Positions 1 to 9,317 of a stretch of DNA of 32,000 nt are shown piece after piece (the first letter of the stretch is position 1; each line of letters opens with the position of its first letter). This stretch comes from Fastidiosibacter lacustris (lineage in GTDB: Bacteria; Pseudomonadota; Gammaproteobacteria; Francisellales; Francisellaceae): contig NZ_QLIR01000001.1 of NCBI RefSeq assembly GCF_003428155.1, positions 224,558 through 256,557 on the forward strand. The letters run 5' to 3'. The position numbers and the translations under genes were made by a program. The notes under the pieces are model-generated. The model had not been told where the DNA came from, did not search any database, and saw only the letters and a program-made list of their open reading frames with translations.

Positions 1-130
1 GTCAGTCAATCCTCTTGGAGGAATATGCAAGAGGCTTAATTGTTGAAGAGGAAACACATATAGGCGAAGTAGAGAAGATGCTGAAAAAGCCAGTATAGCT
101 TTACTGATTAGGTTTTTGGTTAGTTTTTAA

Positions 131-988
131 TTATGATTGAGTGGTCATCGTTGTTACGGTATTTGCAATATGCACTGTGCGCTGTGGAAAGGGAATTTCA
201 ATATTGTTTTCATCAAAACAAAGTTTAACAGACTCATTTAGATGCCATTTTGTTTCAAAGTAATCAGCTCTGTTTGTCCAATAGCGAACAATTAAGTTGA
301 CACTATTATCTCCAAGCGCGTCAACACGTACGATAGGTTGTTTATCATCGATTTTAATGATTTTTTCATTTTGATCAACTAATTGTTGCAATAGCTTTTT
401 GGCAAGTAATAGATCACTACTATAACCAATACCAATGATAAAATCATTGCGGCGAAATTCATTGTTTGAAAAATTAGTAATAATGCGAGAAGTGACAAGG
501 CTATTAGGGACTTTTATTTCTCTCCCATCTGTTGTCCTAAGTGTACAAAAAACAAAACTAATGCTTTCTACAGTGCCAGATGTACCACCTAGATCAACAA
601 ATTCTCCAATCTTAAAAGGACGAGTAGAAACGATCATAATACCAGAGACGACAATATTAGCAGATGTTCTAAGCGACATACCAATACCAACAAGTACAGC
701 AGCAATGCCTGCGGTGAAAGGTGTCGTAGAAATACCAAGCGTATTTAAGGCAATCAGGATGACAAAGATAACCAAAAAGACGTGCATGATTTGCATCAAA
801 AACATGGTTACAGCTTTATCTAATCGAGTCTTAAACAATACTTTTTGAGTATTATTTTTGATGATTTTGGCAGCAATTAAGCCAACTACCAGAATAATAA
901 TTGCAATGACTATTTGTGGTAAGTATTCAAGGATTAAGTTTAATAGCCACTGAAAATATTGATTAAAGTTTTGGATGCTCATCTCCAT
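131..988 (-). CDS. mscS: Small-conductance mechanosensitive channel, MscS family
   Basis: 285-aa ORF. N-terminal hydrophobic helices are followed by the MscS pore/beta-domain signature (RPFKIGEFVDLGGTSGTVESISF, TLRTTDGREIKVPNS, ITNFS). Length matches E. coli MscS. Confidence 0.85.
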   Translation of the reverse strand: MEMSIQNFNQYFQWLLNLILEYLPQIVIAIIILVVGLIAAKIIKNNTQKVLFKTRLDKAVTMFLMQIMHVFLVIFVILIALNTLGISTTPFTAGIAAVLVGIGMSLRTSANIVVSGIMIVSTRPFKIGEFVDLGGTSGTVESISFVFCTLRTTDGREIKVPNSLVTSRIITNFSNNEFRRNDFIIGIGYSSDLLLAKKLLQQLVDQNEKIIKIDDKQPIVRVDALGDNSVNLIVRYWTNRADYFETKWHLNESVKLCFDENNIEIPFPQRTVHIANTVTTMTTQS

Positions 989-1078
989 AAATGCATTCCT
1001 AATTTAAGATTTTATGTTTTGTAGTGGCTTATAAAGATACAAGAAGTAGGAAATAGTGCAAGTTGAAAATTGCTTATT

Positions 1079-2560
1079 TTAATCAATCACTTCATTGATT
1101 TGGTGACTATCTGTTTTACTGGCGCTATGTATATATTTATTTAAGAATGGGCGCGATAACCACATTAATAATGCAATAACAAGAGTTACAATTCCAATTT
1201 GTGCAAAGACACTTGTATAAACGTGCAAGCTTTCAAGTGTGGTTAATTCTATACCTGTTGGCGGAGAGGTTAGGTTTCCTACATAAGCACCCAAAGGTCC
1301 TGCAAGCATACTTGTTAGAAACCATATTCCCATTACAAATCCTGACATAGCACGTGGGCAAAGTTCCGCAACCATTGCAATACCAAGACCGGATACCAAT
1401 AGCTCACCAATAGATTGTAATGTATAAGTTAAAACCATCCACCAAGGAGAGGCTAAACCTGTTTCTGCTGCTGTGAAGCGTGGTAGATATAAAACTAAGA
1501 AAGCAAGACCACATAAAGTCATACCAAAACAGAATTTAGTTACATGTGTACCTGGAATTTTTTTATAGAGCACTGCTAAAATGGGTGAAACAATAACGAT
1601 GACAAGAGGATTTAGAACTTGATAAGATGCAGCGGGGATTACCCAGCCAAAAACATTATTATCAATATTATGAAGTGCAAAGAAGGTCAGTGAAGTTGGC
1701 ATTTGGTTGTATAAAACAAAGAACACAATTCCTTCTAGGATTAGTAAGAAAGCAATCAGCATTCTAGTACGGTCAGAGCCTTTAAGTGACAGTGCAGTTT
1801 TTAGGAAGTATAAGAAGCCACCAGCTACAACGATGTATACAATGGTATAGCAAATTGTGGTGTGTGGTAACAACTTGCCAAACACAATAACGGCAACAAT
1901 TGAAGTAACAATTACAGTGATTAAACGTCCAAAAACCATTGGCTTGGCGCCTGCTTCCGTAGAGATTGAACCAAGTACTTTGTAAAACACGAAATAATTT
2001 AATAGTCCAAGCAGTAAGCCAAAAGAACTGATCCAAAAGGCTGCTTCCCAGCCGAACTGTTGAGCGGCAATAGGGGCAATAAGAATAGAAACAAACGAAC
2101 CTAAGTTAATTGCCATGTAATATAAAGTCATTGCACCATCTAATGCAGGATCTCCTTTTTCATAAAGTTTAGAGATTAATGAAGAGGGATTTGCTTTAAA
2201 AAGAGCATTACCAACGATGATACCACCAAGTGCATAAAAAATGGTATCTTGATTGGATAAAGCTAAGGCAATATAAGAAATAAGTAATATAATTGCACCT
2301 AAAGCAACCGTGCGTTTTGCTCCTAAGTATTTGTCACCAACGTAGCCCCCCACCCAAACAAAGCCATACACAAAAGCCGAAAAGGAACCAAAGGTATAAA
2401 TACTGAGCTCTTGGCTAAAGCCTAAGTAGCTAACAAAATAAAGTGCTAGAATTGCTTGCGTGGCATAATAACCAAAACGTTCCCATAATTCAATTCCCCA
2501 GATTACCCAAAATGGTTTAGGCAAGCCACGTGAGGCAAGGACCTCATTAGACATATTCAT
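1079..2560 (-). CDS. Proton-dependent oligopeptide transporter (POT/PTR2 family)
   Basis: 493-aa polytopic membrane ORF with the PTR2 signature WGIELWERFGYYATQAIL near the N-terminus. Confidence 0.85.
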   Translation of the reverse strand: MNMSNEVLASRGLPKPFWVIWGIELWERFGYYATQAILALYFVSYLGFSQELSIYTFGSFSAFVYGFVWVGGYVGDKYLGAKRTVALGAIILLISYIALALSNQDTIFYALGGIIVGNALFKANPSSLISKLYEKGDPALDGAMTLYYMAINLGSFVSILIAPIAAQQFGWEAAFWISSFGLLLGLLNYFVFYKVLGSISTEAGAKPMVFGRLITVIVTSIVAVIVFGKLLPHTTICYTIVYIVVAGGFLYFLKTALSLKGSDRTRMLIAFLLILEGIVFFVLYNQMPTSLTFFALHNIDNNVFGWVIPAASYQVLNPLVIVIVSPILAVLYKKIPGTHVTKFCFGMTLCGLAFLVLYLPRFTAAETGLASPWWMVLTYTLQSIGELLVSGLGIAMVAELCPRAMSGFVMGIWFLTSMLAGPLGAYVGNLTSPPTGIELTTLESLHVYTSVFAQIGIVTLVIALLMWLSRPFLNKYIHSASKTDSHQINEVID

Positions 2561-2818
2561 CCCCTTAAAACATTATAAAGTTGAACAAAATATAAACTTC
2601 CATTGCCCATCATTCCGCAGTATTTTTTGAAGCACGATGGGTAATAGGTATGTTTGGCTGGAAATACTAAAGCTTATTGTGTATTCTCAGTTTGCTTTAT
2701 TGGTCAGCGCAGTTCCCTGTTAGAGGTACTAACTTCAAACCTCCTATCCTGGAATAGTTATAAATTGTTTTGAAAGTGAAAGCAACTGTTTAGTTGTAAT
2801 TTATTACAGGTGCTCACG

Positions 2819-3709
2819 TCATTTACGAATACCACAGATAAGCGCCCATTCATCTTTAAACACTGGCTTTGACAATGTAAAATATTGACTGAAAATTTCA
2901 CTTACTTCATCAACTTGCTCTTGCAAAATGCCGGATAGTGCAAGCTTGCCACCCATTTTGACATAACTTGCGATGGTAGCTGCTAGCTCAATCAAAATGC
3001 CAGCTAAAATATTAGCAATAAGTATATCAGCTGCAAGTGGCATTGGTACATCCTGTGGCAAGCAAGGTGAAAAACCAACAACGATAGTATTTTTATCAGC
3101 GTTTGCTTTGCTTGCGATGATAGCTTGTGGATCATTGTCAATCGCAATAACCGATTTAGCACCTAGTTTTCTTGCTGCAATACCCAAAATTCCTGAGCCT
3201 GTGCCAAAGTCTATAACGCTTTCACCACCTTTTATTTCGCGATCCAACCAGTTTAAGCACAAGGCAGTTGTTTGGTGTGTTCCTGTACCAAATGCTAGAC
3301 CTGGGTCCAGTAAAACATTTATTTGATTAGGGTCGTGGCTTGGCGGTACAAACCAACTAGGATAAATCCAAAGTTTTTGACCAAATTGCATCGGTTGAAA
3401 ATCGTTCATCCAAGCACGTGTCCAGTCTTGGTCAGCAAATTCACGTACTTTGATTTCACCAATGATAAACAGTTTCAGTCGACTTTGATTGAGTTTGATA
3501 GTAACTTTATTATGATCATACTTTTCAGTAAAAAGTGCAACTAACACTACTTCATCCCATAGTGGGTTTTCACCTACTTTTGGCTCAAGGATAGGTTGAT
3601 CTTTAGCATCTTGATAGCTAATAGAGCAAGCACCTTCTTCTATTAAAAAATTTTCTAATGTAGAAAGGTGAACTTGTAAACAAGTTAGTGAGAGTTCTTT
3701 CCAAAGCAT
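2819..3709 (-). CDS. prmA: Ribosomal protein L11 methyltransferase
   Basis: 296 aa. Contains DPGLAFGTGTHQTTALCL and the SAM motif DFGTGSGILGIAA. Sits downstream of accBC, as in many gammaproteobacteria. Confidence 0.9.
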   Translation of the reverse strand: MLWKELSLTCLQVHLSTLENFLIEEGACSISYQDAKDQPILEPKVGENPLWDEVVLVALFTEKYDHNKVTIKLNQSRLKLFIIGEIKVREFADQDWTRAWMNDFQPMQFGQKLWIYPSWFVPPSHDPNQINVLLDPGLAFGTGTHQTTALCLNWLDREIKGGESVIDFGTGSGILGIAARKLGAKSVIAIDNDPQAIIASKANADKNTIVVGFSPCLPQDVPMPLAADILIANILAGILIELAATIASYVKMGGKLALSGILQEQVDEVSEIFSQYFTLSKPVFKDEWALICGIRK

Positions 3710-3714
3710 AATAA

Positions 3715-5064
3715 TTACGCTTTCTCTTTTTCAAGCATTTTTTCGAGAAAATGAATATTGGTTCCACCATTTTGGAAGTCACGATTAGCAAGAATTTTAT
3801 GGTGAAGTGGAATATTAGTTTTGATTCCGCTGATAATCATCTCTTCTAACGCACTTTGCATGCGCTGAATGGCAATATCACGAGTGCGTGCATGAACGAT
3901 TACCTTTGCAATCATCGAGTCATAGTTAGGTGGCACGAAGTATTGTGAGTAGATATGTGAGTCGACTCGAACTCCAGGACCACCAGGGGCATGATAAATT
4001 TCAATTTTTCCAGGACAAGGTAGCATTTTCTCAGGGTCTTCAGCATTAATACGGCATTCTATTGCATGCCCTGTAATTTTAATGTCTTCTTGATTGAAGC
4101 TTAATGTTCCACCTGAGGCAATGCGAATTTGCTCTTTAATCAAATCAATATTAGTAATAGATTCAGTGACAGGATGTTCTACCTGGATACGAGTGTTCAT
4201 TTCAATGAAGTAAAACTCACCATTTTCATATAGAAACTCAAAAGTACCTGCTCCACGATATTTAAGTATTGTGCATGCTTCCACGCAGCGTTGACCAATT
4301 TTTTTGCGTTGTTCATCAGTCAAACCGAGTGCTGGTGCTTCTTCAATGACTTTTTGATGTCGGCGTTGAGTTGAACAATCACGCTCAAATAAGTGAATAG
4401 CATTACCCTGCCCATCACCAAATACTTGAATTTCAATATGTCGTGGATTTTCTAAGAACTTTTCCATATAGACCATATCGTTATTAAAAGCCATTTTGGC
4501 TTCGGCTTGTGTCATTTCGATAAATTTAAGCAAGTCTTCTTTTTTACGCACAACTCGCATACCACGACCGCCACCGCCTCCAGCTGCTTTGATCATAATG
4601 GGATAACCAATTTCATCTGCCATGGCAAGGTTTTTTTGAGGGTCTTTACTAATCGGACCATTTGAGCCTGGAACGCATGGAACTCCCGCTTTTTTCATGT
4701 TTTGAATTGCAGCAACCTTGTCTCCCATGATGCGAATGCTTTCGGCACGTGGACCTATAAAAATGAAGCCGCTTTTTTCAACAGACTCAGCAAATTCGGC
4801 ATTTTCAGACAAAAAGCCATAACCTGGATGTATGGCATCAGCACCTGATAATTCAGCTGCTGCGATGATTGCTGGAATGTTTAAATAACTTTGTGTAGGG
4901 TTTGCAGGACCAATACAGATTGTTTCATCTGCAAGTTTAACGTGCATTAAATCCCGATCAGTTGTCGAATGAACCGCAACGGTTCTAATCCCAAGCTCTC
5001 GACAAGCGCGTAAAATTCTAAGTGCAATTTCGCCGCGATTGGCGATAAGGAGTTTTTTAATCAT
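3715..5064 (-). CDS. accC: Acetyl-CoA carboxylase, biotin carboxylase subunit
   Basis: 449 aa. ATP-grasp motifs [10 protein letters not shown] and [15 protein letters not shown]-terminus [11 protein letters not shown]. Confidence 0.97.
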   Translation of the reverse strand: MIKKLLIANRGEIALRILRACRELGIRTVAVHSTTDRDLMHVKLADETICIGPANPTQSYLNIPAIIAAAELSGADAIHPGYGFLSENAEFAESVEKSGFIFIGPRAESIRIMGDKVAAIQNMKKAGVPCVPGSNGPISKDPQKNLAMADEIGYPIMIKAAGGGGGRGMRVVRKKEDLLKFIEMTQAEAKMAFNNDMVYMEKFLENPRHIEIQVFGDGQGNAIHLFERDCSTQRRHQKVIEEAPALGLTDEQRKKIGQRCVEACTILKYRGAGTFEFLYENGEFYFIEMNTRIQVEHPVTESITNIDLIKEQIRIASGGTLSFNQEDIKITGHAIECRINAEDPEKMLPCPGKIEIYHAPGGPGVRVDSHIYSQYFVPPNYDSMIAKVIVHARTRDIAIQRMQSALEEMIISGIKTNIPLHHKILANRDFQNGGTNIHFLEKMLEKEKA

Positions 5065-5174
5065 ATGAGACCTATTTATTTCTATTTATCTTATCGATAT
5101 GAAGTAATTTATAAGTTTCTTAATTTTTATTGAGCTTTAAGCTTCAAGGTTTTAATAATAAAAAATAAGTTTAC

Positions 5175-5651
5175 TTAGCCAATAACAAACAATGGTTGGT
5201 CGTATTCAACCGGTGTGCCATCACTCACGAAAATCTTAAGTACCGTGCCAGTTATTTCCGCTTCAATTTGATTCATAATTTTCATCGCTTCAATGATACA
5301 AAGGGTATCCCCTTTTTTAACTGTTTGTCCTTCGGTGACAAATGGCGCAGCACCTGGCGAAGGGGATTGATAGAAAGTTCCCACCATCGGTGATTTAACT
5401 TGATGTCCTTGTGGTATGCTTGGTGCTGTTTGAGTGGATTGTTTAGCCACTTTTTCTTCTAAAGTAGTTGGAGTAGTTTGCACCGTTGGAGTTTGATGAA
5501 TAATTTGTGGAGACATTGTGTGCATAGCAATATGATGATGTGGCTGAATGCCAGTGATACGGATCGAAGTTTCACCCTCTTTAATTTCAATTTCGTTCAC
5601 GTTTGATTTTTCAATAAGTGCGATTAGCTGTTCTATTTTTTTAATATCCAT
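5175..5651 (-). CDS. accB: Biotin carboxyl carrier protein of acetyl-CoA carboxylase
   Basis: 158 aa. Pro/Thr/Gln-rich linker and a C-terminal biotinyl domain with the [11 protein letters not shown] lysine motif. Immediately upstream of accC. Confidence 0.95.
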   Translation of the reverse strand: MDIKKIEQLIALIEKSNVNEIEIKEGETSIRITGIQPHHHIAMHTMSPQIIHQTPTVQTTPTTLEEKVAKQSTQTAPSIPQGHQVKSPMVGTFYQSPSPGAAPFVTEGQTVKKGDTLCIIEAMKIMNQIEAEITGTVLKIFVSDGTPVEYDQPLFVIG

Positions 5652-5795
5652 TTGTGTTAATTAACCTTTTCTTTTAATGATAATTAAACTTTTCCAGCCC
5701 AGTATTGTTACGATAAAAGCATAAAATGTCACGCGTTTGTTTTGCTTTTTAGATGAGATTATCACATACCAGGATGACCTTACTTGAGTTAACTT

Positions 5796-6242
5796 CTAAA
5801 TGCAATTATGTTGACAGTAGTCGATGGCAGCAATCATGGCTAGCTCATAACCTTGAGCACCCATCCCTGATATGACACCATAAGCAATGTCTGAGAGATA
5901 AGAATGATGGCGAAAAAGTTCGCGTTTATAAAGATTTGATAAATGTATTTCAATAAATGGGATATGAATCGCTAACAGTGCATCTCGAATAGCAACACTG
6001 GTATGTGTATAAGCAGCTGGATTGATGATGATAAAATGAACGTTACCTTGAGCTTGTTGGATTTGATCAACGATTTCACCTTCATGGTTGGATTGAAAAC
6101 AAATACAATTCATTTTTTTCTCTTCTGTTAAAGAGCTAAGTTTTTGATTAATACTATTTAATGTTGCAGTGCCATATACATCCGTTTCACGTTGACCAAG
6201 TAAATTTAGGTTTGGTCCATGAATTACAAGAATTTTTGCCAT
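5796..6242 (-). CDS. aroQ: 3-dehydroquinate dehydratase, type II
   Basis: 148 aa. Contains [18 protein letters not shown] and [16 protein letters not shown]. Classic aroQ-accB-accC arrangement. Confidence 0.93.
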   Translation of the reverse strand: MAKILVIHGPNLNLLGQRETDVYGTATLNSINQKLSSLTEEKKMNCICFQSNHEGEIVDQIQQAQGNVHFIIINPAAYTHTSVAIRDALLAIHIPFIEIHLSNLYKRELFRHHSYLSDIAYGVISGMGAQGYELAMIAAIDYCQHNCI

Positions 6243-6243
6243 T

Positions 6244-7074
6244 TTAATGATTTTCCTTAATTAAGTTCATTGCATCGACGCGATAAAACTCTTTGTTATC
6301 TATACAATAAGCACTCAACTGTCCACCCCAAACACAGCCAGTATCAAGGTTAATACATCTGGGATTATTAGTTTTACCGTTAAGTGCTGCCCAGTGACCA
6401 AAAATCAGTATATATTCACTATCGATTTTAGGGTTAGGAAAATTAAACCAAGCATCAAAACCATTTGGCTTTTGCATAAGCTCACCCTTAAAATTTAAAT
6501 CTAAGCGACCCTCAGCATTACATAAACGCATGCGAGTAAAATAATTTGCAATACAACGCCAGCGATTAATTCCTTCAAGCTCATTGTTCCACTGATTAGG
6601 TTCATTACCAAATAAGTTACTCATAAAGTGCTGAAAGCACATGTCGGTTTGTAGTACAAATTCAAGCTCTAGCGCTAAGTGTTTGGCTTTTTTCAACGAC
6701 CAGATGGGTGGAATCCCAGCATGGGTAACAATATGTTTTTTATGTGAGTATAAAAAACGTTGATGACGTAGCCATTTCATTAATTCGTCTTTGTCAGGAG
6801 CATTTAATATTTGCTGTAAAGTATCTTTTTTGCCTAGGGGTAAATAACCAAAAGCTACAGCTAGAAGGTAAAGGTCATGGTTGCCAAGTATAACTTTGGC
6901 GGATTTAGCAAAAGATTTCACAAGACGCAGCACTTCTAAAGACTTAGGACCACGATTAACTAAATCGCCAGCGAAAATCAGTTTATCTTGTTTAGGATTA
7001 AATTTAATCTTTTGCAACAGTGCACAAAGCTCATCGTAACAACCTTGAACGTCTCCAATTAGATAACTTGGCAT
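6244..7074 (-). CDS. apaH: Bis(5'-nucleosyl)-tetraphosphatase, symmetrical
   Basis: 276 aa. Metallophosphatase motifs [22 protein letters not shown] and GH. Follows rsmA. Confidence 0.9.
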   Translation of the reverse strand: MPSYLIGDVQGCYDELCALLQKIKFNPKQDKLIFAGDLVNRGPKSLEVLRLVKSFAKSAKVILGNHDLYLLAVAFGYLPLGKKDTLQQILNAPDKDELMKWLRHQRFLYSHKKHIVTHAGIPPIWSLKKAKHLALELEFVLQTDMCFQHFMSNLFGNEPNQWNNELEGINRWRCIANYFTRMRLCNAEGRLDLNFKGELMQKPNGFDAWFNFPNPKIDSEYILIFGHWAALNGKTNNPRCINLDTGCVWGGQLSAYCIDNKEFYRVDAMNLIKENH

Positions 7075-7850
7075 GAGTGTGCTCCGATATAATTACTTAG
7101 CATGACAAAATCACTGACACTGAGGTTTTCAGGGCGCAGGCTCACATCAATTGGTAAGCTTTGCATTTTTTCACGGCATACAAGAACCTTTAAAGTATTG
7201 CGTAGTGTTTTGCGGCGCATTTGAAAAGTTTGTTTTACGATTTCTGAAAACAGTTGATAATTCTTTGCAATGATGGGTGGTTTAACATAAGGAGTAAGGC
7301 GTAAAATACGTGATTCAACTTTTGGCTTTGGATGAAATGCGTGTGCAGGTACATCAAATAATCCTTCACATTTAAAATGGTACTGTAGCATGACGCTCAA
7401 GCGACCGTAGTTTTTTTCAGATGGATAGGCAACGATACGATCAACAACTTCTTTTTGTAGCATAAAGTGCATATCTTTGAAAAATTGCGCATAATCAATC
7501 AAGTGAAAAAGGAGTGGGGAGGAGATGTTGTAAGGCAAGTTGCCAATGAGTTTGATTTTTTGTCCTTGGTAAAAATCATTAAAGTTAACGGTTAAAACAT
7601 CTTGTTGGCGAATGTTTAATTTACCATAGGCTGCACACGCTGCTTTTAATGGTAATACTACATCCGTATCAAACTCTATGACTTGAATTTCTTTGGTAAT
7701 AGCTAAAATATGTCTTGTTAGTGCACCAAGACCCGGACCAATTTCAATAACTTGATCCTTTTCTGTAATATGTGCTTGGTGAATAATGTTGGCAATAATC
7801 TGTTCATCCTGTAAGAAATTTTGACCCAATGATTTTTTTGCCTTGTGCAT
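7059..7850 (-). CDS. rsmA: 16S rRNA (adenine1518/1519-N6)-dimethyltransferase
   Basis: 263 aa. Contains KSLGQNFL, IEIGPGLGALT and GNLPYNISSP. Its 3' end overlaps the apaH start by 16 nt. Confidence 0.95.
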   Translation of the reverse strand: MHKAKKSLGQNFLQDEQIIANIIHQAHITEKDQVIEIGPGLGALTRHILAITKEIQVIEFDTDVVLPLKAACAAYGKLNIRQQDVLTVNFNDFYQGQKIKLIGNLPYNISSPLLFHLIDYAQFFKDMHFMLQKEVVDRIVAYPSEKNYGRLSVMLQYHFKCEGLFDVPAHAFHPKPKVESRILRLTPYVKPPIIAKNYQLFSEIVKQTFQMRRKTLRNTLKVLVCREKMQSLPIDVSLRPENLSVSDFVMLSNYIGAHSCQVI

Positions 7851-7852
7851 GC

Positions 7853-9241
7853 TTACTCCTCAGGGAGATTTAGATTATGCTCTACGATTTCAACATAAGC
7901 ACTATCGCGCAAGGACAGTATCCAAGTTTTAAGCGCTTGTTGTGCATTTTCGTTAAAAAGCGCCATCATGGCTTGTTCTTTTCGATAGGCTTCAGTGTCA
8001 TCCTCTTTACGTTCACCTAAAACTTCAATAATTTGCCAGCTATTATTGACCTTAAAAGGCTGGGATACTTTATTGACTGTGGCATTTTTGACGGCTTGTG
8101 CAAAAGCAGGTGCTTGAGTACTTAAGCTTATCCAGCCCATATCACCGCCTTGTTCTATATTATTAGTTGCATCTGAGTTTGCTTTTGCTAGATCAGCAAA
8201 AGATTGACCATTGTCTATAGCATTTAGTATACGTATAAGCTTTGCTTTGGCCTCATTGTCATTGACAACAGGTGATAGATTGATCACGATTTGTTTGACG
8301 TGATATTTTTCGATAAAATGCTTAGCATTGTCAGGTACTCTACTGTCAATAAGCTTTATAATTTGCACACTACCATTGGCAATAAATGGTTGACTAATTT
8401 CTCCCTTTTGAAGTGTTTCTACTTTATCTCTATAAATCACAGGTAATTCGTTTAGCGTTTTCCAGCCAAGTTCACCACCGCTGTTTGCATTCCCTGCTTG
8501 TGAATATTTTTTAGCTGCTTCACTAAAGCTCATTTTCCCTTCAATAATAGATTGAACGATTTTGTTGGCTTGAATAATAATATGATCTTCATCTTGTGAG
8601 GTTCGATTATCAAGCGAGGACAAGACAATATTTTGCACGTCATATTCTGTTTGGTGGTTATTAAAATGCTTTTTGATATATTTATCTATTTCAGTTGGTG
8701 AAATGTAGAGCTTGTTTGCAATAGCTCGTTGTTGGAGTTTATTAATGATCAATTGATCTTTTACGGTTTGATAATAGTCGCTAAAGGCAAGGTGTGCATC
8801 TTTTAACTTTTGTTTTAATTGTTCCATTGTAATGCCATTTTGCATCGTAACTTCGGCAATTGATGTGTTAACTTCATCGTCCGTTACCATAATGCCTTGC
8901 CTTTTTGCCATTTGTAAGGCAATGGTTTGGTTAATAAGCTGTTGCAGAACCTGCCTTTGTAAGTTTAATTGATCTGGGATCTGCACATTTGGGTTGCCCT
9001 CTAATTGTGCCTTCGTTTTTGCAACTTCGATGTTTAGTTGGTCAAGTGTGATTGCTTGATCATTAACAATCGCAACGATTTTGTTGATTAAATGCTTGCC
9101 TTTTATGGGGTGTTTTGTAGCTGGGTCTGTTTGTAAATTAGTTTTTTGTAATAAAGTAGGTGGTGTGTCTGCAAATGTGTACGTGCTTAAAACTAAGCTA
9201 CTTGTACATAAAACTAACTTTAATGTGGAACGTAAGTGCAT
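7853..9241 (-). CDS. surA: Periplasmic chaperone / peptidyl-prolyl isomerase SurA
   Basis: 462 aa. N-terminal signal peptide and two parvulin-type domains (GGELGW, GGDMGW). Positioned between lptD and rsmA. Confidence 0.9.
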   Translation of the reverse strand: MHLRSTLKLVLCTSSLVLSTYTFADTPPTLLQKTNLQTDPATKHPIKGKHLINKIVAIVNDQAITLDQLNIEVAKTKAQLEGNPNVQIPDQLNLQRQVLQQLINQTIALQMAKRQGIMVTDDEVNTSIAEVTMQNGITMEQLKQKLKDAHLAFSDYYQTVKDQLIINKLQQRAIANKLYISPTEIDKYIKKHFNNHQTEYDVQNIVLSSLDNRTSQDEDHIIIQANKIVQSIIEGKMSFSEAAKKYSQAGNANSGGELGWKTLNELPVIYRDKVETLQKGEISQPFIANGSVQIIKLIDSRVPDNAKHFIEKYHVKQIVINLSPVVNDNEAKAKLIRILNAIDNGQSFADLAKANSDATNNIEQGGDMGWISLSTQAPAFAQAVKNATVNKVSQPFKVNNSWQIIEVLGERKEDDTEAYRKEQAMMALFNENAQQALKTWILSLRDSAYVEIVEHNLNLPEE

Positions 9242-9317
9242 GAAATAGATTAGCTCAAGTTAATTAGTGAGGGCATTATATACTACTCACTAAGGTATTG
9301 AATAGCTTTTCTAGCCT

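Noticed and set aside
1-98. Open frame from the window edge to TAG at 96-98 (...IGEVEKMLKKPV*), possibly the 3' end of an upstream gene
   Set aside because: Only about 32 codons are visible and there is no recognisable motif, so it cannot be supported as a feature.
2561-2818. 258-bp non-coding gap between the POT transporter and prmA, inspected for an sRNA, riboswitch or terminator
   Set aside because: Only short weak stems are present (e.g. CCCATC...GATGGG with a 24-nt loop). No known RNA family is recognisable by eye.
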